From assembly GCF_006345805.1 (NCBI RefSeq), contig NC_042997.1:108686001-108750000 (forward strand): a DNA stretch of 64,000 nt, read 5' to 3'. Of the stretch, positions 1 through 13,052 are shown piece after piece (the first letter of the stretch is position 1; each line of letters opens with the position of its first letter). The DNA is from Octopus sinensis (lineage: Eukaryota). Under the pieces are notes generated by a model, which had not been told where the DNA came from, did not search any database, and saw only the letters and a program-made list of their open reading frames with translations. The translations under genes and the position numbers were made by a program.

Positions 1-200
1 TAGTACCAACTGTGCCTTCTGTGTTTAGTTATCCTCTACAAATTTTCCCTTCTTGGCTGACAGAATCAGTTGGTATTACTGTCAGGATGGCGTGCATTGT
101 GCATTATTAGCAGCTTTCTGGTTCTTCTAAGTTTTGCATCTGAAGCTTTGTCCACTTCAGAAAGGAGGAAGATTATCTTAATACTGGCTCTGCCCATGCA
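1..200 (-). mobile_element. Degenerate RLE-type (R4/Dong-like) non-LTR retrotransposon fragment, RT thumb region
   Basis: Minus strand reads ...RRTRKLLIMHNARHPDSN, resembling the KTRKLLTMHxxxHPKSD motif of R4-clade ORFs; no intact ORF. Confidence 0.55.
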
Positions 201-559
201 TTTATGGCTTTAATGATGTTCATTTCATTTAATTTCATTTCGAGTACCTTCCTAATTCTCCACTTGTACACTTTAGTGATTTTCTCTCATTTACCTTTCC
301 ATTATTTTATCTTACAGTACTCCAAGGTGTTTGTATCCATTCTTGTTGTTCTTGTTGTCTTCTTTCAATTTTCCATTTCTTTCCAAGTGTCTTCCCGACC
401 TCACTGTAAACATTAGTAGGCCATTAAAATAAACGCATCAGATTTACAAAGTCATGTGATAGAAAAAGAAGGGGGGAGAAGATAGGGAAAAAGGAAAGAA
501 GGAAAAGAAAAATGAAGAAAAGAAAGCAAATAAAATAAAGGGGAAAAAGGAAAGAAAAT

Positions 560-2050
560 TCACAGCGACGATGCTCTTCTCAATACGTCTGATATACCAG
601 TTAAGACAATCTTTTGCACTTCTTGCATGGATGGTAATCCAGGGATCATTCTTAAATAATTCTCAGTTCCTCTTTTAATCTTTCCAAGAGCTTCTACAAT
701 CACTGGTATTGTAACCGTCTTCCGATGCCAAATCTTTTCGGTATCGATGAGCAAATCTTTATATTTTCTGAGCTTATCAAATTCTTTTGCCGAGATATTA
801 TGGTTACAGGGTTTGCTCATGTCAATCAATAAACAGACTTTATTGTTTTGGTCTTTCCTAACAATACCTGGTTTATTTGCTCTGATGATCCGATCTGTAC
901 ATACTGGGAAGTCCCAGAGACTAGTTACATTTTCTCACTCAGTTATAGCCTCAGGGTGGTGTTTGTACTATTTGTCAGCAGTTTTGATTCTATAACGCCG
1001 ACACATTATCCAGTGTGGATATCGGCCAACTCTGTCATGTCTTGATTTGTGCTCTACAGGAGCTAAAACCTTACCTCCAGAGATTAGGTGGTCCACTATT
1101 TCTATTTCGTCATTGTTGTGTCAATACCATTTTTCATCACATTGGCTTGATAGTTCCGGGTCAATAAGCTCTGATCTTGGGAATCCAAAATAAAGCCTTC
1201 ACTCTCTGCCTTTAGCCCTGAACTCTGTAGCCACTGATGGATGTGCTTCTGGTCTACATCAGATTGTTCGCCACGGGCCACACATTTGCCATGCAGAGAT
1301 TTTTGTTCCCACCTATCAGCCAATTGTTCAAACGCATTTTGCTTTGCTATTGATTTCACCTTCTTTGCAACTACAGTTGCTGCACTTCCATCATGCTGTT
1401 CAACCTGGGTATTATGCATAAATTCACTAGCAAATGTTTTGGTCTCCTTCATAACAGAATGAAGCTTCTTACGTCTCACACGATTTTCAACGTGTTTTAG
1501 CATTCAGTCGTTAGATGCTTCAAGATATTTTGCCAGTCCAATTGTGGTAGTTTTGTAAGATATTTCAAATTGGATCAAGCCTCGACCTCCTTGGAACTCT
1601 GGAAAGTTAAAGATCTGCGTCTGCCTTTGGGCGGTGCATCTTATTGCAAGTCAGCAGCTTACGGATTTTCCTGTCAATCTTTCTTATTTCGCTGACATTC
1701 CAGTCAAATATATTGAAACTATAAACTGGAACCGCTAAGGAATTTATGGCAAACACCTTGTTACAAGCATTTAACTCAAATTTTAGAACTGCTCGAACTC
1801 TACTGTAACATTCCTTCCTGATCTTCTCTTTCGTGCTTGCATGCTGAATGCCATAATCCTCATCATTTCCGAGGTATTTGTTTGTTCCTGCTCAAGTTCT
1901 TTATAACTGTGTCAACATCTAACACCACTTAAGTCTTCAATTTCCCTTTCTGGAAAGTGGTCTTGTCCCATTTATCAAGACCAAATTCATCACTGACTGC
2001 CTTCACAGTACATAATAGACCTTCAAGCTCATTATCATCTTTGCCATAGA
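560..2050 (-). mobile_element. Decayed RLE-type (R4/Dong-like) non-LTR retrotransposon: RT remnant to endonuclease C-terminus
   Basis: Broken ORFs KFYGKDDNELEGLLCTVKAVSDEFGLDK (RT after YxDD), QWLQSSGLKAESEGFILDSQDQSLLTRNY and KLRKYKDLLIDTEKIWHRKTVTIPVIVEALG...VQKIVLTGISDVLRR (RLE C-terminus). Many stops and frameshifts. Confidence 0.85.
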
Positions 2051-2052
2051 AT

Positions 2053-2130
2053 TTTATCATCATCATCATCATCGTCGTCGTCGTCGTCGTCGTCGTCGTC
2101 ATCATCATCATCATCATCATCATTATCATC

Positions 2131-2198
<68 letters not shown>

Positions 2199-2200
2199 CG
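2053..2200. repeat. Compound trinucleotide microsatellite (CAT)n(CGT)n(CAT)n(TAT)n
   Basis: Directly visible. Confidence 0.95.
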
Positions 2201-2269
2201 TTTTACTTCTCAGAACGTTTGGTCTTATTTGTTTTGGCAGATTCTGTGAAAGCGGATAGCAGCCTGCTG

Positions 2270-3190
2270 TTAGAGGTGTGTGGGAGTCTTGGCACAAAAG
2301 CTCACCAGCTTCTTTACAGGAAATTGCTTTTCAGGAGTTCAAGGATGGTTGTATTGTTCATGTCTACAAGGGAAAGAGAAACAAGCAGTCCTGTGACAAC
2401 GACCGAGGAATTTCTCTCCTTGCTATTGTTGGCAAATTACTCACAAGAATCCTTCTTAACCGTCTCACTCAACACAGGGAAGACAGGCCTCTATAAGAGA
2501 AGCAGTGTTGTTTCAGAGAGGGCCATGGGACAGTCGACATGTCCTTTGCAGCACGCCAACTTCAGAAGTGTAAAGAACAAAGCAAGAATCTATATACGAT
2601 GTTTGAAGGCTTAACCAAAGCCTTTCACATGGTCAGTTGTGAGGGACATTGAAAGATCATGGGAAAGTTCGGCTGCCCGGATAAATTCCCCAGCATAGTG
2701 TGTCAGCTTCACAGCAGCATGCTCACTCGGGTGCTGGACAGTGGAGATTCTTCCGTTGCATTCCCAGTCACTAATGGAGTCAAGTAGGGCTTTGTACTCG
2801 CACCTACACTGTTAAGCACGATGTTCTCAGCCATGTGTCGGATGCTTCCCGCAAAATCAACGAAACCAGCGTGAAGATTAGGTTCAGGACTGATGGCAGC
2901 AGGCTTTTCAATCAGCGGAGCCTATAGACCAAGACCAAGGTGAAAGAGGAACCAGTGCGTGACTTCCCGTTTGCGACGACTGCGCACTCAACGCCGTCAC
3001 AGCGGCTCAGATGCAACAGAGCATCAACTGTTCTTCCACTGCCTGCAACATCTTCGGCCCAACATTCCCCACGGAGGGCGACCCGTTTACAGCTGGGTGG
3101 ACTGGGGCAACGTGAAATCAAGTGTCTTTGCTTGAAAACACAAGGCACCGCCGATTTGGGAATCGGATCCACGATTTTGCGATCGGGATT
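2270..3190 (+). mobile_element. Decayed RTE-clade (BovB-like) LINE, reverse transcriptase region
   Basis: QEFKDGCIVHVYKGKRNKQSCDNDRGISLLAIVGKLLTRILLNRL, then frameshifted TVDMSFAARQLQKCKEQ...LTKAF...KFGCP...FPVTNGVK*GFVLAPTL, which are RTE RT domain motifs. Confidence 0.88.
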
Positions 3191-3259
3191 GCAACACTTT
3201 AGCCACTAGGCGACGCTCCTTTACACACACACACACACACACGTACACACACACGCGCA

Positions 3260-3297
3260 CACACACACACACACACACACTCAAATATACACACATA

Positions 3298-3342
<45 letters not shown>

Positions 3343-4542
3343 CTTTCTATTCTAAACACTGGAGTTGATTTGCTCGAGTAAACCCCTTCAAGGTGATGCT
3401 CCAGCATGGCCACCGGCAAATGACTGAAACGAGTAAATAACAAGAGACAGAAAATACTCATCTCACTGATATTTGAATAACTAAATAAATAAAACTATTC
3501 AAGAATTGTCTCTGATTAGAAAAAAAAAAAACGAAAAAAAAAAACAAGATTTTGCAGCATTTCAAGTTTGCCAAAGTGTAAATGTCTGCAGAAACAATGT
3601 ATAATGGCACCGCCCAGTGTAAAGCCATATTCTTTATATTCTTGGCGTAGCAATTTAATAGACTTTTATTTGACAGCAAATAGATTGAATTGTCAGGAAA
3701 TAATTGAGAAGCATCAAAGAAATTTCTTTTTAACGAATTGTCAGAATTAAAATTAAAAAAGAAAAGAAAAAAAAAAACATGGAAGAATATGAGAATCGAT
3801 TATTTAAATCGTTGAGTATCGGCTGAATTTGACTGGATCTGGATAATTATTTGTAAAAACAATCAAGTTATTATGTCGGCTTTTATGGAGATCTCATATT
3901 TTCTTTTGTTTTATAAAAGTCTGTATAAAATATATTCGTGTAAAATCTCTTAAGTGAAACTTTATTCACCACATTGATGTAAAGAAGCTATCTCGCCCAG
4001 TCATCACACACACATACACACACACAATGTTTAGCAGGCCAAAACTTCGAAGTCACTGTCAATAATATTCTTGTTTAGAATAATAAATTTGTATTCTATA
4101 AAAGTATAGAGTTACCCATCAGATTAATGTAAAACTGTTTTTATTAAAACCGAAAATAAAAACAAACGTTAACAGGAGTGGCTGTGTGGTAAGTAGCTTG
4201 CTTACCATCCATATGGTTCCGGGTTCAGTCCCACTGCGTGACACCTTAGGCAAGTGTCTTCTACTATAGCCTCGGGCCGACCAAAGCCTAGTGAGTGGAT
4301 TTGGTTGACGGAAACTGAAAGAAACCCGTCGTATATATGTATATATATATATATGTATATGTTTGTGAATAAGTCCTGGGGTCGATTTGCTCGGCTAAAG
4401 GCGGTGCTCCAGTATGGCTGCAGTCAAATGACTGAAACAGATAAAAGAATTCTTTTATTCTTTTACTTGTTTCAGTCATTGACTGCGGTTGTGCAGACAC
4501 ACACACACCACACACACACACACACTCAAATATACACACATA

Positions 4543-4591
<49 letters not shown>

Positions 4592-5770
4592 CTTTCTATT
4601 CTAAACACTGGAGTTGATTTGCTCGAGTAAACCCCTTCAAGGTGATGCTCCAGCATGGCCACCGGCAAATGACTGAAACGAGTAAATAATAAGAGACAGA
4701 AAATACTCATCTCACTGATATTTGAATAACTAAATAAATAAAACTATTCAAGAATTGTCTCTGATTAGAAAAAAAAAAAACGAAAAAAAAAAACAAGATT
4801 TTGCAGCATTTCAAGTTTGCCAAAGTGTAAATGTCTGCAGAAACAATGTATAATGGCACCGCCCAGTGTAAAGCCATATTCTTTATATTCTTGGCGTAGC
4901 AATTTATAGACTTTTATTTGACAGCAAATAGATTGAATTGTCAGGAAATAATTGAGAAGCATCAAAGAAATTTCTTTTTAACGAATTGTCAGAATTAAAA
5001 TTAAAAAAGAAAAGAAAAAAAAAAAAAACATGGAAGAATATGAGAATCGATTATTTAAATCGTTGAGTATCGGCTGAATTTGACTGGATCTGGATAATTA
5101 TTTGTAAAAACAATCAAGTTATTATGTCGGCTTTTATGGAGATCTCATATTTTCTTTTGTTTTATAAAAGTCTGTATAAAATATATTCGTGTAAAATCTC
5201 TTAAGTGAAACTTTATTCACCACATTGATGTAAAGAAGCTATCTCGCCCAGTCATCACACACACATACACACACACAATGGTTTAGCAGGCCAAAACTTC
5301 GAAGTCACTGTCAATAATATTCTTGTTTAAGAATAATAAATTTGTATTCTATAAAAGTATAGAGTTACCCATCAGATTAATGTAAAACTGTTTTTATTAA
5401 AACCGAAAATAAAAACAAACGTTAACAGGAGTGGCTGTGTGGTAAGTAGCTTGCTTACCATCCATATGGTTCCGGGTTCAGTCCCACTGCGTGACACCTT
5501 AGGCAAGTGTCTTCTACTATAGCCTCGGGCCGACCAAAGCCTAGTGAGTGGATTTGGTTGACGGAAACTGAAAGAAACCCGTCGTATATATGTATATATA
5601 TATATATATGTATATGTTTGTGAATAAGTCCTGGGGTCGATTTGCTCGGCTAAAGGCGGTGCTCCAGTATGGCTGCAGTCAAATGACTGAAACAGATAAA
5701 AGAATTCTTTTATTCTTTTACTTGTTTCAGTCATTTGACTGCGGTTGTGCAGACACACACACACACACAC
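3260..5770 (+). repeat. Near-identical tandem duplication, period about 1249 bp
   Basis: The anchor TTCTTTCTATTCTAAACACTGGAG occurs at 3341 and 4590; the copies run in register and junctions fall in (CA)n tracts. Confidence 0.95.
4174..4450 (+). mobile_element. tRNA-derived CORE-like SINE family A, internally deleted copy (duplicate at 5427-5705)
   Basis: Head GGAGTGGCTGTGTGGTAAG...CCGGGTTCAGTCCCAC, CORE-like CCTTAGGCAAGTGTCTT, internal (TA)n and tail CAGTCAAATGACTGAAAC, all shared with other copies. Confidence 0.85.
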
Positions 5771-6267
5771 ATAGAGGGGGGGATCAAAAGTCATTCACCA
5801 AAACATGTGACATTCTACTTATATTACTTTATTATTACTAATTTTGTCCATCCTGTACAGGTGGGTGTGTAGTCATCGTTATTTTATTCATTTTATCCAT
5901 TTTCAGGAAAATCGAAACATATCTTTGACAATTACGGATCGTATTGACTTTTGGACCACCATATAAAATCAGAACACAAATAGGGTAAAAGTTTTTTTTT
6001 TCATGAATAATTCGATTACATCATGAAAAGAAGAAAAAAGAAAAAAAAAGAAACACGTGGGATGGAGAATCGCAGAAGAAGTCACAGGACGTATGACGAA
6101 GGATTTCAGACAAAAGACACAAAAATAAGAATAATAGTCTGTAGTGGTTAATTGAGAAAAAAAAATGGTAATTCCAAAATTTAACAATATTTGTTTCAAC
6201 ACACGATTTCCCATCAGGAATCTTACAAAACAAATATATAAACGAAAGAATAAGCCGTTTTTTTTAT

Positions 6268-6451
6268 GTGAATTAGAAATTTTAGATTTGGTTTGGAGAA
6301 AAAATACAAAGATATGGAATGTGGGTTGACCCTATTTTTTCAGCATCGATGAAGAGAGTGGGTCTATTCATTGATGCCGAAAAAAGAGGGTCAATCCACA
6401 TTCCATATCTTTGTATTTTCCTCCGAACCAAATTAAAATTTTTTAATTCAC
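6268..6451. repeat. Fold-back inverted repeat, arms about 85 bp, 13-nt loop
   Basis: 6268-6353 is the reverse complement of 6367-6451 with scattered mismatches. Confidence 0.9.
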
Positions 6452-6775
6452 TCAATAAAAAACACGTTTGAAACAGCTGTAACGAACCTTTAAACTATTT
6501 GTATTCTTATCTAATGTCAACACCATTCCTGGAGCCTTCCCCATGTTGGGTCGGGAAGCTGCATACCGGTGTGCCTGGAGATATAATTTCATGTACATGT
6601 ATATCTATACGTATATGTATAATTGCGTGTGCATGCACCAGTATGTGTAAGTGTATGAACAAGCCTGTATGTGCATGGGTATACCCGGGTATGTATATGG
6701 TATATTCACGGACCTCGACCCTTGCTTTTTGTCCTTAATATTAAAATATCTTGATTCAAAAGAATCCAAAAATAG

Positions 6776-6830
<55 letters not shown>

Positions 6831-6894
6831 CACACACACACACACACATTTATATATATTATATATGTATGTATTATGTATTCTTTTACTCTTT

Positions 6895-7050
6895 TATTTT
6901 TTTATTTGCTTCAGTCAGGACTTATTCTTTGTTAGCCTAGTACTTATTCTATCGTGTTCTTTTGCCGAACCGCTAAGTTACGGGACGGGAACACACCAAC
7001 ATCGGTTGTCAAGCAATGGCGGTGGCGGGACAAACAGATACATACACACA
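6895..7050 (-). mobile_element. SINE family A 3' half
   Basis: GCCGAACCGCTAAGTTACGGG...CGGTTGTCAAGC matches the 3' body of full copies. Confidence 0.8.
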
Positions 7051-7169
7051 CACATATATATGTGTATATATACACATATATACACATGTATACATGTGTA
7101 TACATGTGTATATACATGTGTATACATGTACACATGTGTATATGTGTACATGTGTACATACAGATGTAC

Positions 7170-7231
<62 letters not shown>

Positions 7232-7678
7232 CATACATATATACAATCTGAAGACTTCACTAGAGTGGACGCAAGCGCTAATATATGATTTATAAAAACA
7301 TGTGACATACTAATCAATATCTGTAAATATAAAACCATCCAGATTTCTGAGTACCTTATTTCTTCTAATATATAATACCTGTACGTCATCTCGAAACCAT
7401 CTAATATATATTGGATCTCAATAGCACTATATATATATGAGTGTGTTAAATTATAAGGCACAAAAGAGAATGACTCTCCCCAGACACAACAGTATATATA
7501 TAAACTTACTTGGAAACGGATGCGTTCAATTACGAAATTTACGTTGTAACTTGTGCCAATTTGCCTTTCAAGTGTTGCTAAAATAAGTACCAGTTGAGCA
7601 CTGGGGTCGATATAATCGACTAACATCCTCCTCTGATATTGCTTGTTCCAAAATTTGAAACCAATATATATATATGAA

Positions 7679-7737
<59 letters not shown>

Positions 7738-9078
7738 TGGGAAAGCCGATAGATGTGGGCTGAAAGTGTGTATTAACACGGAATACAATACAGATTACAG
7801 AATAAAGAAAAGGAATTATGTAAAGTATAAAATTTGGTCACAGAAGCTTTAGATTGTTGCTAAGAATTTCCCATTTTACCATTGTGGCATTATTAACGAG
7901 TGTCTGCTAAATACAATTTATGACATTTTCCAGTTGCTAAAACCGTATCCAAACAACATTATGAGAACGGTTCTAAATAACTAGTCCGAGCTATTTTAAC
8001 CAGAGATTAAGCTTCCTTTAGATTAAGCTGTTGTATTTTAAATGCCAAGATCAGCCACGAAACCCTATTCCCGAATGGACTGGACTGTGTAGTTGAAAGA
8101 TTTGCTTCATATCTTCATGGTTTTGGTTTCGATATCACACGTGCAATGTTTTTGGGCCAATGTCTTCTGTCTAAGACTCCAGATGGCCAACGACATGGGA
8201 ATAGAGTATGGTAGATGTGACTGTCAAACATACATGCATGTATGCATGCATACACACATATACGCACACATACATAGATTTGGTTGAAGGAAACTGAAGG
8301 AAGCTTATGTATGAGTGTGTGTGTGTAATATATATATATGCGTGTGTAATATATATATATCGAGAGAGTGAGGGAGTGAGACAGACAGACAGACCGATTG
8401 ACGGGAAGGCAGATAGATGTGGGCTTAAAGTGTATACAAACCTTGTGATTCTATAAACTCTGAGAGAATTTCGAGTGTTGCTATGTTTAGCTCGCCCATA
8501 GCAACCAATATCTTTTCGAAAAGGGCAGTAAGACTTTATACATAGACTTTATACATGTTCCAGACTCCTTATCAATCATTTTACATCCGCTTTATCATCC
8601 TCTTCATTCGGACTTCGCAAGTACGTTTATGGACTTACAATTTTTATATATTTATATATTATGAATTTTTATGTGTTTATAAATTTTTATATGTGTATTT
8701 TTATATATTTATAAATTTTCGTGTACATGTATGTATTTGTAAATTCTTAGAAATTATTTATATAGATGAATGCATCTATGTATGTACCTTGTATACCATG
8801 GAAAATTTCGTTAACAGGACTGAATGAATATACACATCGGCATTTGAATTTGTTTTCTCCTCTCCCTAATTGTGTATATATATATATTATATATATATTA
8901 TATATATATATATATATATATTATATACACACACAAATGTAAGGGCAAGCAAGTTAGGCAGGTCAAAATACAAAGTATATTAAATACAAAAAATGTATGT
9001 TTACATACAAATAGGTATGACTTACACAGAATAGAAATGATATCAAAAATTAAAGGGGTTGAAGAAGAGTGTTACAAA

Positions 9079-9347
9079 TCCAACAGCTGTTCCTGGGAGC
9101 TCGGTTGTCCATAATAATGTTTGTAGATTGATTCCATTGTCAGATGAGACGAGTATCCGTCTTCAGGGAAGAGGTGTTGACAGTAAGAATTTCAAAGATG
9201 GAATGAACATTTTTGAACTTCTTTCTGTCAACACCTCAAATGTAAGATCTCTTCCTTCCCTGAAGACAGATGCCCGTCCCATCCAACGATGGAATCAATC
9301 TACAAACATCATTATGGACCACCAAGCTCCCAGAAACAGCTGTTGGA
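9079..9347. repeat. Imperfect fold-back hairpin of about 270 bp (MITE-like)
   Basis: TCCAACAGCTG...CAGCTGTTGGA ends; arms are complementary throughout, with an insertion of about 20 nt in the right arm. Confidence 0.88.
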
Positions 9348-9537
9348 CTCATAAAAAAATTCCTACTCAGCCCCTTTAATTCTCTATATCATTTCTATTG
9401 TGTAAGTCGGCCTTTTTTGTATGTATACATATTTCGTATATTTAATATATATTGACCTGTCTAACTTGCTTATCCTTACATTTACTTCTCTACCCGCACA
9501 ATAACTATACGGAGAATATTTGATTCTTATCTATGAA

Positions 9538-9615
<78 letters not shown>

Positions 9616-9675
9616 TATATATATATGTATATGTATATATATATATGCATAAATATAAATGTGCATGTGTGTGTG

Positions 9676-9875
9676 TGCCTTGAGCTTGTGTTTGTTTACC
9701 GACACTGTTGATAACCGGTGTTTGTTTATATCCCCATAACCTAACGGTTTGGCAAACAGTGACCGATAGAATAATCAGGCTTAAAAATAACTACTGGTGT
9801 CGATTTGTTCGACTAGACCCTTTAAGGCGGTGCTCCAGTATCACCACAGTCCAACGACTGAAACAAGTAATAGAT
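9676..9875 (+). mobile_element. SINE family A 3' half, diverged
   Basis: GACCGATAGAATAA...AAGGCGGTGCTCCAG...GACTGAAACAAGTAA tail. Confidence 0.7.
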
Positions 9876-10559
9876 AAAAGATAACACACGTACTGTAAAA
9901 ATTAGGTTCGTTGATCCGGGGTTAGTTTTGAGGGAAGGGACACAACTAGGGCGAAATACCACACTGCCTCAAAACCTCTTTATCTCAATGAATTATGTTC
10001 TCAACACACATTGTCCGAATGGAGACGTTGAACCTAAGCAAGAGTTTTGGCTCTTGTTTATAAGATTCAACAAACAAATGTATTTGCTGATGTCTGCCAA
10101 ACCGATATCTCCATGTGCACAGAGCGTTCTTGATACGTTCTGGCAGATACGAACCCGAATATGGTAATCGCTGGTGTGTTTGATTTTCGGAGAATAACTT
10201 CTTTTAGACAATAATTGTCTACAACCTACTCGATGGCTGTTGGGTGACTCTCCTCGCGCTGTTTCGACGTCATTGAGGCATGCCATGTGGAAAGGCAGAG
10301 AATATAATAAGATTTCAGTACCCGTATAGGAACTATTTAATTAGAATAACTAATGCCGAATTTCGCAGATGAGTTATAGTTGCAAATTATTCTGGTATTC
10401 TGCGATATGAGTTCAAAGAATTATCGCATTCTTTAAACTGTTTTTGTTTTGGATGAGCCCCAGGACTCATAAGACTGATTTCTCGTCTTCCGTGGCTTCT
10501 ACGGAACCGAGATCACAACATCTTTCCCACCCGCTGAATAGGACACCTGTCTGTCGCAG

Positions 10560-10750
10560 GGTTTAAGGCTAGCAACTTTGAGGGGAGGGGGACAAGCTGA
10601 TTACATCGAACCTGGACTGATACTTTATTTTATCGACCTCGAAGAGAAAAAAAACGAAGTTGACTTCACTGTGATTTGAACTCAGAACGCAAAGTCAGAA
10701 AAAATGCTGCTAAGAATTTTGTCCGGCGCTCTAACGACTCTGCCAGTTCT
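10560..10750 (-). mobile_element. tRNA-derived SINE family C, diverged (second copy 11075-11262)
   Basis: Reverse complement of GAGCTGGCAGAATCGTTAG...TTCTGAGTTCAAAT...GTCGACTTTGC...TCGATAAA shared with the 49703 and 58372 copies. Confidence 0.7.
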
Positions 10751-11372
10751 ACGTTTTAATCTACCTATTACAGCTCGCCGCCATCTTAAAACTGTACAGA
10801 GCGTGAAAAGAATATTTCGAAAAGTCTAAAATGTCTCATCCCTCCAAAGGAATGCAGGAAATTGATTCAAGCTGTTCGTTTTTGTTATTCTTCTGTTTGA
10901 TCAACAAAAATAACGGAAAGTATTGATATATCAACGGAAAGTGCAATTATAGCAATAATAATTGATGGTGATGATGACGACGACGACGACGACAACGATG
11001 ATGATGTCGACGATGATGATGATAATGATGATGATGATGATGGTGATGGTGAGGATAAGAACAATCCTTTCTATTATAGGCACAAGGCCCGAAATTTTGG
11101 AGGTGGAAGATAGTCGTTTACATTAATCCCAGTGCTTGACTGCTACTTGCTTTGTCGAATCCGAAAGGATAAAAAGCAAAGTCGACCACGGCGGAATTTG
11201 AACTCAGAACATAAGGACGGACAAAATGCATTTTGTCCGGCGTGCTAACGATTCTGCCAGCTCTTCATACAATAAATGTTTAAGAAAGTGGAGTTTACAG
11301 CGCATATGGGGCTGAACGAGAAACGGTTGGATAAGGTCACCTTGGTTGATACTTTAATGTGATGAATTGTAG

Positions 11373-11476
11373 GTGAGTGTTTGTGGGAAATATTTGTGGT
11401 GATACATTGGCATGCAATACCTTGCGGTGTTTTGTTACGGATCTTCACGTTCTAAGTTTTAATCTGCCTTTTACAG
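11373..11476 (+). other. Candidate 104-nt intron of an unidentified transcript
   Basis: Donor AG|GTGAGT at 11373; branch-like TTCTAAG/TTTTAAT, pyrimidine tract and TTTTACAG| at 11476; flanks are unique non-repeat DNA. Downstream ORF not recognised. Confidence 0.35.
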
Positions 11477-11841
11477 TTGATAAAATGCAGTACCTGTTAT
11501 ATACAAGGGTCTATATAGCAGCTTCTTACGCTCGCATCTTAATACGTGGCTGTGATTCTGGGCGTGATGTGATCAGTTCATCTGACAAAGACGATGATGA
11601 CAAACTAAAGAGGGATCTTTTAGAAATAACAGCGAAAACCGCCCTCAAAATCACACCTCATTGCTTTAGTGTAGTTATGGCATTGAGAGTGAGACAGAAC
11701 GGTCACGGCTGGAACGCCGGGTCTGCTGAAGGTTTAGTTTGGAACGAATGACATGAACAACGATGAGAATGACAATGGTAGAAACAACAACAGCAGTAAC
11801 AACAACAACAACAACAATAAGGAAATAATAACAATAGCAAT

Positions 11842-11872
<31 letters not shown>

Positions 11873-12595
11873 CAAGAAGTATCGACCACTTAACACTCTG
11901 GTGTCCGTTCCAGCTGCAATAAATATTGCAAGTGCATTAAAATGCACAGTGCAGCTTGATGTGAATATAATCCGTAGAAAACGTAAATGACATTGAGTAA
12001 ATAGCATTATTATTGGGACTTTGCACCATCATCATCATCATCATCATCATCATCACTAGCAGCAGCAGCAGCAGTAGCAGCAACAGTTGCAGCAGCTCTA
12101 GTAATTGTAAAATGTAAACGGAAACACTTCCTCCCTCCCTCCCTCCCTCTCACCCTCTTCTGTTATGACAACATAGCAACCTTAGTTTATGGCATTGCCT
12201 TACTTTCCTTTTCTCCTCTCTTGCTACCCTTCTCGTTGTTGTTACTGTTGTGATGATGATGATGATGATAGTGGTGGTGGTGGTTGTTTCGGGCGTGATG
12301 CATGGAAATATAATTTATTACAAATCGCGAATTTGCGAAAGATTTGTCATTCTATGTGTGTATGTATGCACGCACGCTCGTGTGTATGCTTGTATGCATG
12401 TATACATTCATGTATGTATATGTATGTATGTATGTATGTATGCATGTATGTATGTATGTACGTATTATGTATGCACTCTTGCATGTGTGTATGCTTGTAT
12501 GAATTCATGTCGGTATGTATGTGTATATGTATACATATACGTATATAAGCACTTTTACACGTGCGTATGCTTGTATGCATTCATGTATGTATGTG

Positions 12596-12627
<32 letters not shown>

Positions 12628-12646
12628 TGTATGTATGTATAGGTGT

Positions 12647-13052
12647 AGGAGTGGCTGAGTGGTAAGTAGCTCGTTTACCAACCATATAGTTCCGGGTTTA
12701 GTCCCACTGCGTGGCACCTTAGGCAAGTGTCTTCTACTATAGCCTCGGGCCGACCAAAGCCTTGTGAGTGGATTTGATAGACGGAAACTAAAAGAAGGCC
12801 GTCGTATATATGTATATATATATGTGTATGCATATGTTTGTGTGTCTGTATTTGTCCCCCCAACATCGCTTGACAACCGATGCTGGTGTGTTTACGTCTC
12901 CATAACATAGCGTTTCGGCAAAATAGACCGATAGAATAAGTACTAGGCTTACAAAGGATAAGTCCAGGGTTCGATTTGCTCGACTAAAGGCGGTGCTCCA
13001 GCATAGCCGCAGTCAAATGACTGAAACAAGTAAAAGAGTAAAGAGAGTAAAG
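12647..13052 (+). mobile_element. Full-length SINE family A (tRNA head, CORE-like domain, internal (TA)n, 3' body)
   Basis: Complete family structure from GGAGTGGCTGAGTGGTAAG to GACTGAAACAAGTAAAAGAG. Confidence 0.9.

Noticed and set aside
6480-6572. Minus-strand exon after an ATATCTCCAG acceptor
   Set aside because: All three frames give short unrecognised peptides and there is no strong donor.
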